A DNA stretch of 64,000 nt, from sequence record OQ555404.1; one strand, 5' to 3'. Under the pieces are notes generated by a model that worked only from the letters and a program-made list of their open reading frames with translations, was not told the origin of the DNA and did not search any database. The DNA is from Escherichia phage vB_EcoP_HC-25922. The translations under genes were made by a program, and so were the position numbers. Position 1 is the stretch's first letter, and each line of letters opens with the position of its first letter. Shown here piece by piece: positions 1-9,636 of the stretch.

Positions 1-32
1 GTCGTCTTGGTAGTAGAAAATAAGGATACTGA

Positions 33-269
33 ATGAATACAAGACAGCAATTCAATAAAGAGCACGCCGCCGCTTTGGCGGCTCTCAATCACAACGGCAT
101 TCTTGACGCAGCATTAGAGGCATTAAAAGAAACCCTCATGAGAGATATTGTATTAACCGAGGCTCATGAGAATAAGAAACGCGAAGAGTGTTATCAAAAG
201 TATAAAATGGTTGGTAGCTTAAAAGAGGTCATAAAAGCTGCTATCAATAATGCAGGAGATATTTCCTAA
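33..269 (+). CDS. hypothetical protein (78 aa)
   Basis: ORF ending 1 nt before the scaffold-like gene; no recognisable motif. Confidence 0.4.
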   Translation: MNTRQQFNKEHAAALAALNHNGILDAALEALKETLMRDIVLTEAHENKKREECYQKYKMVGSLKEVIKAAINNAGDIS

Positions 270-1351
270 TGGCAAATGATTATATTGACCCGAACGATTT
301 TAAATCTTTCCTCCAACTAGACGACTTAAAAGGCTCCTTCAAAGAAGAGCTTAGTCAATTAGAATCAGAACGTGAACCAGAAGTGAACATTGATGATGAA
401 TTCCCAGAACAGTCTGAGACTTTTGATCTTGATGCTTCCGACCTTCTCGGTGATGACGATACGTTAGCGTTCGAAGATGAAGATGGTTGGGAAGATCGTG
501 AAGAGGAAGGCGAAGAAGAAGAGGAAGAGTCTGAGTTCTCTGATGAAGACGATGAAGAAGATGATTCCGGTGAAGCAGATCACGATGAAGCTGCTAACAG
601 TGATGAAGATGGCGAAGAAGGTGAAGTCTTTGACGTAGATTATGAAACTGTTATCACCCTTCCTGATGGTCGTGAGATGACTATTGAAGAGTTGTCTAAT
701 GGCTATTTGACTGGTGCAGAAATGTCCGAACGTGAGACTACTTTGCAGCGTCATGTTGAAGCTTTTGAAGAACGTGTTTCTGGCTTGGGTGATGTATTAG
801 AACTAGCTGCCCTAGAAGCAGACCGAGTAATTGAAGATTACAACGGTTTTGATTGGGACAAACTCGCACAAGAAGATCCTCAAGCTTATGTAGAAAATAA
901 ACGTTTCTTAGAAAAATATACAGCTCGTCGCCAACAGCTTGAACAAGCTCAGCTTAAAATCAAGCAAGAAGCACTAGCAAAAGAACAACAGCTCTTCCAA
1001 GCTAAATGTACTGAGTGTGTAAGCGTACTTAAACGTGAGATTCCTAATTGGGATGACAACTTGTATCAGAACCTGATGCAGTATGCAATCGACTTAGGTG
1101 CTACAGAAGAAGAAGTGCTGAAAGAGAACCGTCCGTCAATCTTCCTAGCTCTACACAAAGCATACCAGTTTGATAAAGGTAAGCAGCAGGTGATGGCTAA
1201 GATTAAACGTCCCGGCTCTCCACGCAAGGTTGTGAAGTCCGATGCTTCTAAGTCTCGTTCTTCCAATACGCCAGACAACGCTAAGGTTGCCAAGGCATTC
1301 TCAGAGGGTCGTATTCGTCACGAAGACGCATTTAAGTATCTCGTAGATTAA
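269..1351 (+). CDS. putative capsid scaffolding protein
   Basis: 360 aa with a long D/E-rich acidic tract and helical C-terminal half; lies immediately upstream of the capsid gene as in T7-like head modules. Confidence 0.5.
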   Translation: MANDYIDPNDFKSFLQLDDLKGSFKEELSQLESEREPEVNIDDEFPEQSETFDLDASDLLGDDDTLAFEDEDGWEDREEEGEEEEEESEFSDEDDEEDDSGEADHDEAANSDEDGEEGEVFDVDYETVITLPDGREMTIEELSNGYLTGAEMSERETTLQRHVEAFEERVSGLGDVLELAALEADRVIEDYNGFDWDKLAQEDPQAYVENKRFLEKYTARRQQLEQAQLKIKQEALAKEQQLFQAKCTECVSVLKREIPNWDDNLYQNLMQYAIDLGATEEEVLKENRPSIFLALHKAYQFDKGKQQVMAKIKRPGSPRKVVKSDASKSRSSNTPDNAKVAKAFSEGRIRHEDAFKYLVD

Positions 1352-1391
1352 TCGACAAATTTATTTTTAATAGTATAGGAGCTAATATAAC

Positions 1392-2450
1392 ATGGCAAAT
1401 CCAACTTTATTTGTATCTTACGACCAGAATGGTAAAAAACTTTCTTTTGCTAACTGGATTTCTGTCCTGTCTCCGCAAGACACTCCGTTTGTGTCTATGA
1501 CTGGTAAAGAGTCTATCAATCAGACTATTTTCAGCTGGCAGACCGATGCTCTGGCGAGCGTAGATGCTAACAACGCCCACGTCGAAGGCTCTCGTGCTGA
1601 AGACGGCGAAATGAAACCGACTGTAATTAAGTCCAACGTTACTCAGATCCTGCGTAAAGTTGTTCGTGTTTCTGATACTGCTAACACCACCGCTAACTAC
1701 GGTCGTGGTCGTGAACTGATGTATCAGCTGGAGAAGAAAGGTAAAGAGATTAAACGTGACCTCGAGAAAATCTTGCTGTCCGGTCAGGCTCGTACCGATA
1801 TTCTGGCAGACCAGTATCTGACCAACTCTGCAACTGATCCTGCTGTTGTAGGTCAGAATGATACCTCAGCTGCTCGTAAGACTGGTGCTTTCCAGTTCCT
1901 GTGTGCACACAATGGTGTTGCTGGTGGTGTTGTTAAGAAAGAAGATGGTCCTGCTGACCCGGATACTGGTGCAGTAACTGTTAAAGTTGCACAGAATGCT
2001 TCTAACCCGACTACTAACATCGGTTTTGATGAAGCTGATATCTTTGATATGACTCTGCAATTGTATACCGCTGGTTCTGAAGCAGACATCATCATGATTA
2101 ACCCTGCTCACGCTAGTATTTTTGCTAAGCTTCAGGAAAACTCTGTTGGTTCTCGTCAGCGTATCTTTGAGAACACCAAACAGTTCATCTATGAAGTTAA
2201 CAGCATCACTGACCCGCTGGGCCAGAGCTATAAAATCATCGTTAACCGTTGGATGCCTGCTGATGCAGTTTACTTCTTCCGCAGCTCTGACTGGACTCAG
2301 ATGGTTCTTCGTGCTCCGAAACGTACTGAACTGGCGAAAGATGGTTCTTACGAGAAATGGATGATCGAAATGGAAGTTGGTCTGCGTCACCGCAACCCGT
2401 ATGCTTCTGGTGTACTGTTCACTGCTGCGGGAAAGGTGGGAGCGGCGTAA
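1392..2450 (+). CDS. major capsid protein (short isoform)
   Basis: 352 aa, AGGAG RBS upstream, follows scaffold gene, carries a -1 frame overlapping extension analogous to T7 gp10A/10B; size matches T7-like capsid proteins. Confidence 0.6.
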   Translation: MANPTLFVSYDQNGKKLSFANWISVLSPQDTPFVSMTGKESINQTIFSWQTDALASVDANNAHVEGSRAEDGEMKPTVIKSNVTQILRKVVRVSDTANTTANYGRGRELMYQLEKKGKEIKRDLEKILLSGQARTDILADQYLTNSATDPAVVGQNDTSAARKTGAFQFLCAHNGVAGGVVKKEDGPADPDTGAVTVKVAQNASNPTTNIGFDEADIFDMTLQLYTAGSEADIIMINPAHASIFAKLQENSVGSRQRIFENTKQFIYEVNSITDPLGQSYKIIVNRWMPADAVYFFRSSDWTQMVLRAPKRTELAKDGSYEKWMIEMEVGLRHRNPYASGVLFTAAGKVGAA

Positions 2451-3229
2451 CAGTAGATTCCGTAACTGTTAGTCCTTCGTCGGTTGCAAGCCTTCCGACG
2501 GGGGCTACTCAGCAGTTTACAGCTACAGCAGAAATGAGCGACGGCTCCACAAGCACAACCGGATTTAATTGGTCCGTTGAGGGCGGTGGGGCTGTTTCTG
2601 TTTCTGGGCTATATACTGCACCGAGTACGTCGCAAGAAACCCCAGCAACTATTACGGCTACTAAAGGTGGTAAGTCAGGTACTGCTACAGTTCTATCTGT
2701 TTTTGAACCTGCTACTATTGAAGCCAAAGCTAACATCTCGGGTAAAGTAGGTGGAAGCACCACAGCTTTTACTACAATGTTTACAGCAACTAACTCTTCA
2801 GCAGAAGATTATTCTTTTGTTGTATCTCCAACGTCAGCAGGAACCGTTAGTGCCGCAGGAGTTTTAACTTTAAGTAATGATGCAACTGGCACAGTTACTG
2901 TTAAAGCAACTCATAAAACTCAGTCAGGTGTTGAAGCCACTATAACCTTTACAGGTGTTGTTGCTAAAGCAGCTATTACTGGAAAAACCGTCACTGGTAA
3001 GGTTGGTAGTGATACTGTTACGTTTGCTGAGTTATTTACAGCAACTAACTCTTCAGCAGAAGATTACAACTTCGTATCAAGTCCTCCTGAAATGACTTCA
3101 TCTATCGATGAGAGCACTGGTCTTGTTACCTTGGCTGCTGGCGCTACAGGTGATATCACAATTACTGCTACTCACAAAACACAAACGTCTGTGACAGCAA
3201 CTGCTACGATTACGGTGGTATCAGAGTAA
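1392..3229 (+). CDS. capsid protein long isoform by programmed -1 frameshift (capsid fused to two Ig-like repeats)
   Basis: zero-frame slippery heptamer G_GGA_AAG at 2429-2435, 16 nt before the stop; the -1 frame (ORF 2357-3229) is open and encodes a duplicated module (FTATNSSAEDY...ATHKTQ...). Confidence 0.5.
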
Positions 3230-3336
3230 CTGTTATTCTACTAGCACTTATTGTCAGTGCAGGTGTGAAAATTACATTTAGAAAGAGTTCTGGTGTTTTC
3301 TGTAATCACTATGTTAAATCTAGTACATAAGAATAA

Positions 3337-3365
3337 AGCTGCCTTCGGGCGGCTTTTCTTGTTTT
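3337..3365 (+). terminator. rho-independent terminator
   Basis: hairpin AGCTGCC-TTCG-GGCGGCT followed by TTTTCTTGTTTT. Confidence 0.6.
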
Positions 3366-3387
3366 AAGACCTATACACGACCGAATG

Positions 3388-3396
3388 TAATGTATA
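3388..3396 (+). promoter_or_regulatory. TAATGTATA promoter-like motif (candidate phage-sigma promoter)
   Basis: exact 9-mer 33 nt upstream of the ATG at 3430; same motif and spacing recur at 20077 and 35772. Confidence 0.45.
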
Positions 3397-3429
3397 TTCT
3401 TTGTCTACATACAACTAGGAGGACAATCT

Positions 3430-4182
3430 ATGGCTATGCCAGACGTTCAGAACCCAATTAATACCTACGGATGGCTTAAGAAGGCTGTGTCCCTCTGGGC
3501 CGACCGTGATGACCCTGAATTTGTTAATCAGATTCCGAACTTTATTAACTTTGCAGAAAAGGAAATCTATCGTAATTTACGTATTCCTCCTTTGGAAAAA
3601 GAAGTATACTTAGATATTAAAGATGGTGTGGCTTTTATTCCACCAGACTATTTAGAAGCTCAGTGGATGATGAGAGCCAAAGATGGCACAATCTTCCAAG
3701 TAACCTCTCCTGAAGAGATTAGCTATCGTAGACAGCATGGAACAATTAACCCATCTCACTGGAATAACCAACCTGTCAACTTTGCTCGTTTCGGTAGTCG
3801 TTTCATTTTCTACCCTAGCATCGAAGCAGATACCCCGTACTACCCTGATGATGGAAGCCCTTTGATTCCAGCAGAAAACTCAGTGATTCTTAGCTATTAT
3901 GCAGACCCACCGGAATTCCATGAAGATACAGATACTAGTACTATTCTTACTATAGCACCGGAACTTCTTCTGTACTTCACCCTACGTCATGCTTGTCTCT
4001 TTGTTCAAGATGATAATGGTGTTCAGAAATGGTCAGCATTAGGAAAAGCTATCCTTGATGAAATGGTAGAACAGAATAAGAAACAAGAGTACTCAGGTTC
4101 ACCTATCGCAATTCCGAATAACATGACTCGACTTCAGAGCAGCTTGCCTGATATTTATGGTATTCGTACTTCTCGTGTATAA
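3430..4182 (+). CDS. virion structural protein (putative adaptor or tail tubular protein)
   Basis: 250 aa ORF with AGGAGG RBS, first gene after the capsid terminator/promoter; function inferred from position only. Confidence 0.35.
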   Translation: MAMPDVQNPINTYGWLKKAVSLWADRDDPEFVNQIPNFINFAEKEIYRNLRIPPLEKEVYLDIKDGVAFIPPDYLEAQWMMRAKDGTIFQVTSPEEISYRRQHGTINPSHWNNQPVNFARFGSRFIFYPSIEADTPYYPDDGSPLIPAENSVILSYYADPPEFHEDTDTSTILTIAPELLLYFTLRHACLFVQDDNGVQKWSALGKAILDEMVEQNKKQEYSGSPIAIPNNMTRLQSSLPDIYGIRTSRV

Positions 4183-4191
4183 GGAGATAAT

Positions 4192-6552
4192 ATGATCGTT
4201 TATAATAACCAAGCACCTGATGCAGTGAATAACGTTGGGCAGTTTGGTGCTACTGAAGGCTCTATTGGAGCTTATAAGCAAGCCGCAGAATATGCAGCTG
4301 ACTCCAAATATTGGGCACTGTTAGCAGAGTCTAAGTTTGGTACAATTGATGACCTGATCGCTGAAGTAGAACGTTTGTATCAGCAAGGTGTTCTGATGAA
4401 GCAGGATATCGAAGATCTTAAGCAGGACTTTAAAGATCAAGATGCTCGTCTGATGAGTTTGATTGCTCAAACTAACGCAGCGGTATCAGATGCGAATAAT
4501 GCTGTAGCTCTAATTAATCAGAAACTTATTGAAGTCCAGAACCAGCTTGACGTTCTGTTAGGAATGTCCGTTGATGTAACCACACTTCCTCCGGGAACTC
4601 CGGCTACTGGTTCTTTTAATCCTAACACTGGTGTAATTTCTTTAGGTATCCCAGAAGGCGAACCCGGAAAGGATGGTTCTGTTAAGGATTTAGACACAGC
4701 TCCTACTGGTGTTCCAGAGCTAGGTGACTTGGGTTTCTATGTTGATAAAGATGACAATACCGTCCATAAAACTACTCTAGAGAATATTGCTAACTTAATC
4801 CCATCTGTTCGTTCTGTTTCTGTTAATGGGGGACCAGCTCTTGATGGAGAGGTTGCTCTAACAATCAACAAAGAGACAGTAGGTTTAGGAAATGTTCTGA
4901 ATGTTGCTCAGTACAGTCGTCAAGAGATTAATGACAAATTTGACAAAACTACCAAGACATACCAATCAAAAGCAGAAGCTGATGCTGACGCTCAGTATCG
5001 TCAAGTTGGTGAGAAAGTCTTAGTCTGGGAAGCTACTAAGTATGAGTTCTACACTGTTGCTGCTAACAAAACATTAACTCCAGTTAAAACTGAAGGTAGA
5101 ATTCTTACCGTTAACTCCCGTTCTCCAGATTCCAGTGGTAACATTGACATTACCATTCCAACAGGAAACCCTTCTCTGTATCTTGGTGAGATGGTGATGT
5201 TCCCTTACGACCCATCTAAGAATATCTCCTACCCAGGAGTTCTTCCTGCTGATGGTCGTCTGGTATCAAAAGAATCTGCTTCAGATTTAGGCCCATCCCT
5301 TGTCAGCGGACAGCTCCCTGTTGTTTCAGAAACTGAATGGCAATCGGGGGCTAAACAGTACTTCTCTTGGGGCAAGTTAGCAGACGGTATTACCGATGCG
5401 GATTCTACTAATTTTATCAACATTCGACTCCCTGATTGGACTGGAGGGGAGGCAATAAGAGCACCAGATTCTGATAAAGACTCTCAGTACAATGGGTCTG
5501 TACAGGCTCAGAAACCTTATGTTGTTACTGTAAATAACCAAGCTCCTGATGAGATTACTGGTAATGTGAACATCTCCAGATCAATTTTAGGTGCTGCTTC
5601 TTCTGGAGCAAACTCTGACATTACATCTTTATCTGGACTCACAACACCGCTATCCATCTCTCAAGGTGGTACTGGAGCTAAAAATGCTGCTAGTGCCCGA
5701 TCTAACTTGGGGTTGGGGAGTGTTTCCACTCTAGATAACGTCCCTATCGCTAGTGGTGGGACAGGGGCTGGAGATGCTGCTGGTGCAAGGTTTAATCTTG
5801 GGTTAGGTAACTCAGCCACAATGAATACCGGAACTAACAGTGATAATGTTCTTAAGGTTGGTGATTTTGGAATTGGAAGACCTGACGGCGCTCTTGTTTT
5901 TGATACTACTTCACAAGACCAACTTCTTGCTGGACTTGACACTTATGGGTTGTGTGTGTTTAGGAATAACCAACAAATAGCAGCACCTTGGGACATATGG
6001 AACTACTCCTCAAACCTTTTCTTTAGGGCGGGTGACACATACAGTATGATAAGTATTCCGTTTGAGTCTGCTGGTAAGATAAAAGTTTTTGGTGGTGCAT
6101 CGGGCAGTGGGTGGAAAACCTCAAGGACGATATACGATACTATAAATACAACTGTTGACGTCAATGGCTTTATTAAAGCAGCGTCACCAATAGTTAAGGT
6201 ATTTCATGACGGAAGTTTTGAAACAAATGAACAATCTGATGGAGTTAGTGTTAAGAAAATCTCCACCGGGGTTTATTTAATTTCAGGGTGTCTTGGTCTT
6301 AATTCTGATGCAGGATGGGGTGGGGTAGATGGAGGTTTTGAAATCCCAATAGACCGAAACAAACAACCTAGAGTCTGGCTGGATTATGAGATTAAAGAAG
6401 ATGGTTCTATTTTAGTTAAAACTTATCACAGAATCCATCCAACCTCTCCGGTTTTTGCTAGAAATGAGATAGAAGGTTTCTCTGACGGCGATCCTATTGA
6501 TATCCCGAGTGATGCTTTTATCTCAGTTCGTGTTGAAATGCCATCCAAATAA
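4192..6552 (+). CDS. tail fiber protein
   Basis: 786 aa; C-terminal part has repeated GGTGA...AR.NLGLG tail-fiber-type repeats. Confidence 0.5.
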   Translation: MIVYNNQAPDAVNNVGQFGATEGSIGAYKQAAEYAADSKYWALLAESKFGTIDDLIAEVERLYQQGVLMKQDIEDLKQDFKDQDARLMSLIAQTNAAVSDANNAVALINQKLIEVQNQLDVLLGMSVDVTTLPPGTPATGSFNPNTGVISLGIPEGEPGKDGSVKDLDTAPTGVPELGDLGFYVDKDDNTVHKTTLENIANLIPSVRSVSVNGGPALDGEVALTINKETVGLGNVLNVAQYSRQEINDKFDKTTKTYQSKAEADADAQYRQVGEKVLVWEATKYEFYTVAANKTLTPVKTEGRILTVNSRSPDSSGNIDITIPTGNPSLYLGEMVMFPYDPSKNISYPGVLPADGRLVSKESASDLGPSLVSGQLPVVSETEWQSGAKQYFSWGKLADGITDADSTNFINIRLPDWTGGEAIRAPDSDKDSQYNGSVQAQKPYVVTVNNQAPDEITGNVNISRSILGAASSGANSDITSLSGLTTPLSISQGGTGAKNAASARSNLGLGSVSTLDNVPIASGGTGAGDAAGARFNLGLGNSATMNTGTNSDNVLKVGDFGIGRPDGALVFDTTSQDQLLAGLDTYGLCVFRNNQQIAAPWDIWNYSSNLFFRAGDTYSMISIPFESAGKIKVFGGASGSGWKTSRTIYDTINTTVDVNGFIKAASPIVKVFHDGSFETNEQSDGVSVKKISTGVYLISGCLGLNSDAGWGGVDGGFEIPIDRNKQPRVWLDYEIKEDGSILVKTYHRIHPTSPVFARNEIEGFSDGDPIDIPSDAFISVRVEMPSK

Positions 6553-6562
6553 ATTTAAGGAT

Positions 6563-6582
6563 GCCCTCTTCGGAGGGCTTTA
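6563..6582 (+). terminator. possible weak terminator
   Basis: hairpin GCCCTC-TTCG-GAGGGC followed by TTTA. Confidence 0.3.
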
Positions 6583-6595
6583 TGGAGGATTATAA

Positions 6596-8791
6596 ATGTC
6601 TAGAGAATTAATGCCCAAATCTGGGATAATGATGCCTCACGTGGTAGTTACTAGAGATGCCGCAGTTGTGGGTGTGTCTACAGTTGATGGCGTGGCAGGT
6701 GCTGTTAATTTAACAGATAAATATCTACAAAAGTCTGATGCTGAAGCAACATATCAAACGAAAGCAGAAGGGGCTACTAAGCAATATGTAACCGATGCTA
6801 TTAACCCTATTATGACAAATGCTCTGTTTAAAGATGACCCTTTTGTCAATAATGATACACCTATCCGCTCTGGTGGTGGTAACGGTGTTGAATCGGTAGA
6901 CATGATTAAAGTCACTCCTGAGAATAATATCAAACTGGGGAGCTATGCTTCTTCTGTTCAGGGGGTTGAGATTCATTCTGCTGGTCGTCTTCAGGTTGTT
7001 GATCAGAACGATTCTGGAGTCGAAACTAAATACCCGATATACTCCAAAAGGTATCGCCCGGAAGTTGAGGATTTACCTTTCGCTTCAATCGGTTCCTACG
7101 TCAAAGATTCCAAAGGACGCACTATTGGTGTAACTCGTACTGGTATCAACTCTGATATCAAACAACTTACCCAGAAGGTAACTTTCACTCAACCCGTTAC
7201 TGTTCCTGATGCAGTTGGTGATTATGATGCGGTTACTTTGAGACAGCTTCGAAACAGCGGTGGTGGTTCTGGTGGTCCTACAATGAGTGGAATTTCTAAC
7301 TTTGGGATTGGGGATTTTCATTTACGTGACAGCCGTGCTTTCATCCCAGCTTTTGAGGTAGTGTCTGATGGGCAGCTTTTGAATCGTGCTGACTACCCAG
7401 ATCTGTGGGCTTATGCACAATTATTGTCGCCTATAGAGGATTCAGAGTGGCTTTCTGACAAGTTTAAGCGTGGTCGGTACAGTACGGGGGATGGTACTAC
7501 AACCTTCCGTGTACCTGACAGAAACGGCATTCAGGCTGGTTCTGTACGCGCTCTATACGGTCGTGGTGATGGTGGGTCCAGTTCTGCTAACGGAGACATA
7601 TTCGAATCCGCCGCACCAAACATCTGGGCGCGGACGGCAAGCTACTCCGGTTCCAGCTATGCACAGGTTTTTGGTGATATAGCGCAGGGTGCCTTCGTAG
7701 CGGATAACACGCTGTTCCCTGCTGCTGCTGGTGATGCTATCCCAGATACAGGCGCAATCGCTATCTCTGGGCGCTATAACACACTGACCTTTGACGCATC
7801 TCGTTCAAGCCCTATTTATGGCGGGTCCGTTGATGAGATTATGGGTCGTAACTTTGTAGGTGTTTGGACTATCCGTGCTCATGGTGGTTTTACTGCTGCT
7901 AACACCTCTTGGTCTGTTATTAACAGTGATGCAAACCGTCCTGCTGGTGGAACTAGGGTAACTAGCGGTTCAGTTGTTTCTGAATATAAAATAGGTTCAG
8001 AAGTAGAAGCCTCTACTACGCTCCAAACTGATGCTTATATCGACGGAGCTTATTATGGGATTATCAATGTTTATAATAAAACCAAAGGAGTTACCAAGCA
8101 ATTAGCTTTTGACGATTCTGGAACCCTGAACTCTGATAGATATGTTGCTCGGTCTAGAACATTGATGTCTTGGAATGAAACAGGAAGTCGCAGAGGGACG
8201 TTTTCTATAGACAACCAAGGGGTTGGTGCTAACTACTCTTTTAACTCTATACTGAGTGCTTCCCAAGCATCCCAAGGTGGATACAAAACTACTACCCATG
8301 TAGGGATGATTCACAATGATGCTGGATCTTTTGCTGATTCCTGTTGGCATGTTTCGGGAGATGAAGACAACAAATATGGTTGTCGTTTAACTCTCCGACC
8401 AAACAGGAACGAGATTTACTACTACACTTGGCAGCCAAGTTCAACCGGAACTTATACTCTTGCTATGAATCCTGTATCTGATGAAAAGTTGAAACATAAC
8501 ATCCAAGATATCTCTCCTGATGAAGCAATTCGTGCGATAAAAGGTTTGGATTTCAAATCGTTTGTGTACAACAATGATAATCAAGGAAGAACTCGTCGTG
8601 GTATCATTGCACAGCAGGCAGAGAAAGTTGAACCTCTTTATGTTAAAACTCGTAAATTCCATGACAACGATGGGGTAGAGCAGGAACAGAAAGAGTTGGA
8701 TGCAACTCCAATGCTTTTAGATACCATACAGGTTGTTCAAGATCTGCTGAAGCGTATTGAAGTTCTAGAAGCGAAGTTAGCAGAGAAGTGA
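6596..8791 (+). CDS. tail fiber/spike with tail-collar motif and C-terminal intramolecular chaperone (peptidase S74-like) domain
   Basis: YPDLWAYA...TFRVPDRNG collar-like motif; C-terminal SDEKLKHNI...GIIAQQ segment with Ser/Lys(+5) dyad typical of autocleaving fiber chaperones. Confidence 0.55.
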   Translation: MSRELMPKSGIMMPHVVVTRDAAVVGVSTVDGVAGAVNLTDKYLQKSDAEATYQTKAEGATKQYVTDAINPIMTNALFKDDPFVNNDTPIRSGGGNGVESVDMIKVTPENNIKLGSYASSVQGVEIHSAGRLQVVDQNDSGVETKYPIYSKRYRPEVEDLPFASIGSYVKDSKGRTIGVTRTGINSDIKQLTQKVTFTQPVTVPDAVGDYDAVTLRQLRNSGGGSGGPTMSGISNFGIGDFHLRDSRAFIPAFEVVSDGQLLNRADYPDLWAYAQLLSPIEDSEWLSDKFKRGRYSTGDGTTTFRVPDRNGIQAGSVRALYGRGDGGSSSANGDIFESAAPNIWARTASYSGSSYAQVFGDIAQGAFVADNTLFPAAAGDAIPDTGAIAISGRYNTLTFDASRSSPIYGGSVDEIMGRNFVGVWTIRAHGGFTAANTSWSVINSDANRPAGGTRVTSGSVVSEYKIGSEVEASTTLQTDAYIDGAYYGIINVYNKTKGVTKQLAFDDSGTLNSDRYVARSRTLMSWNETGSRRGTFSIDNQGVGANYSFNSILSASQASQGGYKTTTHVGMIHNDAGSFADSCWHVSGDEDNKYGCRLTLRPNRNEIYYYTWQPSSTGTYTLAMNPVSDEKLKHNIQDISPDEAIRAIKGLDFKSFVYNNDNQGRTRRGIIAQQAEKVEPLYVKTRKFHDNDGVEQEQKELDATPMLLDTIQVVQDLLKRIEVLEAKLAEK

Positions 8792-8795
8792 GATA

Positions 8796-8817
8796 AGCCC
8801 CTTCGGGGGCTTTTAGG
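8796..8817 (+). terminator. rho-independent terminator
   Basis: AGCCCC-TTCG-GGGGCT followed by TTTTAGG. Confidence 0.5.
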
Positions 8818-8880
8818 AGTGAAACTGGTGAATAAGTAATGAAACTACTATATCCAAAAGGAAAATGAAAGGAGAAGAAA

Positions 8881-9099
8881 ATGAAAATGATGAAACAGGT
8901 AACTTATGGTCTAGCTTGCTTAGGGACAGGTTTTGTGATTTCCACAGCAGTACCTGTAAATGCAGTAGGCTCTCATTCTATTATAGAAGCTCCTGTAGAG
9001 AAGCTTAGTTCTCAATGTAAACAAAGGACCATTCAAAATAATTTGGTTGTTATTTGCCCAGACGCTCAATCTTCAGCTCTGAGAAAAATTCTTCCTTAA
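8881..9099 (+). CDS. small protein with N-terminal hydrophobic segment (secreted protein or holin candidate)
   Basis: 72 aa, hydrophobic stretch YGLACLGTGFVISTAVPV, directly upstream of the lysozyme gene. Confidence 0.35.
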   Translation: MKMMKQVTYGLACLGTGFVISTAVPVNAVGSHSIIEAPVEKLSSQCKQRTIQNNLVVICPDAQSSALRKILP

Positions 9100-9132
9100 T
9101 TGACCTAAAATAACAACAAAAGGAGGTCAAAG

Positions 9133-9624
9133 ATGGACGCTATCGCATTGCCGCCTGTACAGATGAGCCTAAGTCCGGCTGGTATGGAGTTTATTATGAA
9201 ACATGAAGGCATGAGAACTAAAGCCTATAAAGACTCCGCTGGAATCTGGACTATATGTGTAGGGGCTACGCGCGATATGAATGGGTATCCAGTAAGACAA
9301 GGATTAACGTATTCTATAGAGGATTGTCTAGCTCTGCTAGATAGAGACACACAAGACTCTGTTCGTGCTACTCAGAAAAACATAAGAGTTCCTATGCTAG
9401 CTCATGAATTTGATGCTGTCACTTCTTTCAACTTTAATGTTGGTGGTGGTGCTTTGTCAGCTTCAAAACTTAGGAAAGTGATCAACGGAGATGTGAAGGG
9501 TGATGTTTACTCAGAGTTCTTACGTTGGGATAAGATAACTGTTAAAGGTGTAAAGCAGCGGAGTCCGGGACTTCACAATCGCAGGGTTGCAGAAGCAAAT
9601 CTATACACTACAGGAAAATATTAA
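9133..9624 (+). CDS. lysozyme (T4 e-type, GH24)
   Basis: HEGMRTKAYKDSAGIWTICVGAT reproduces the Glu-x8-Asp-x5-Thr catalytic spacing of T4 lysozyme. Confidence 0.8.
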   Translation: MDAIALPPVQMSLSPAGMEFIMKHEGMRTKAYKDSAGIWTICVGATRDMNGYPVRQGLTYSIEDCLALLDRDTQDSVRATQKNIRVPMLAHEFDAVTSFNFNVGGGALSASKLRKVINGDVKGDVYSEFLRWDKITVKGVKQRSPGLHNRRVAEANLYTTGKY

Positions 9625-9636
9625 TGGAGGTGCCTT

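Noticed and set aside
464-754. Minus-strand ORFs inside the plus-strand structural module (e.g. 464-754, 1066-1293, 1866-2390, 5229-5423, 11965-12306, 19311-19688)
   Set aside because: They lie antisense within long, well-supported plus-strand genes, have biased low-complexity translations and no RBS; treated as frame shadows.
1368-1377. TAATAGTATA variant of the promoter-like motif upstream of the capsid gene
   Set aside because: One-base insertion relative to the 9-mer and different spacing to the start codon (14 nt); left as a note, not a feature.
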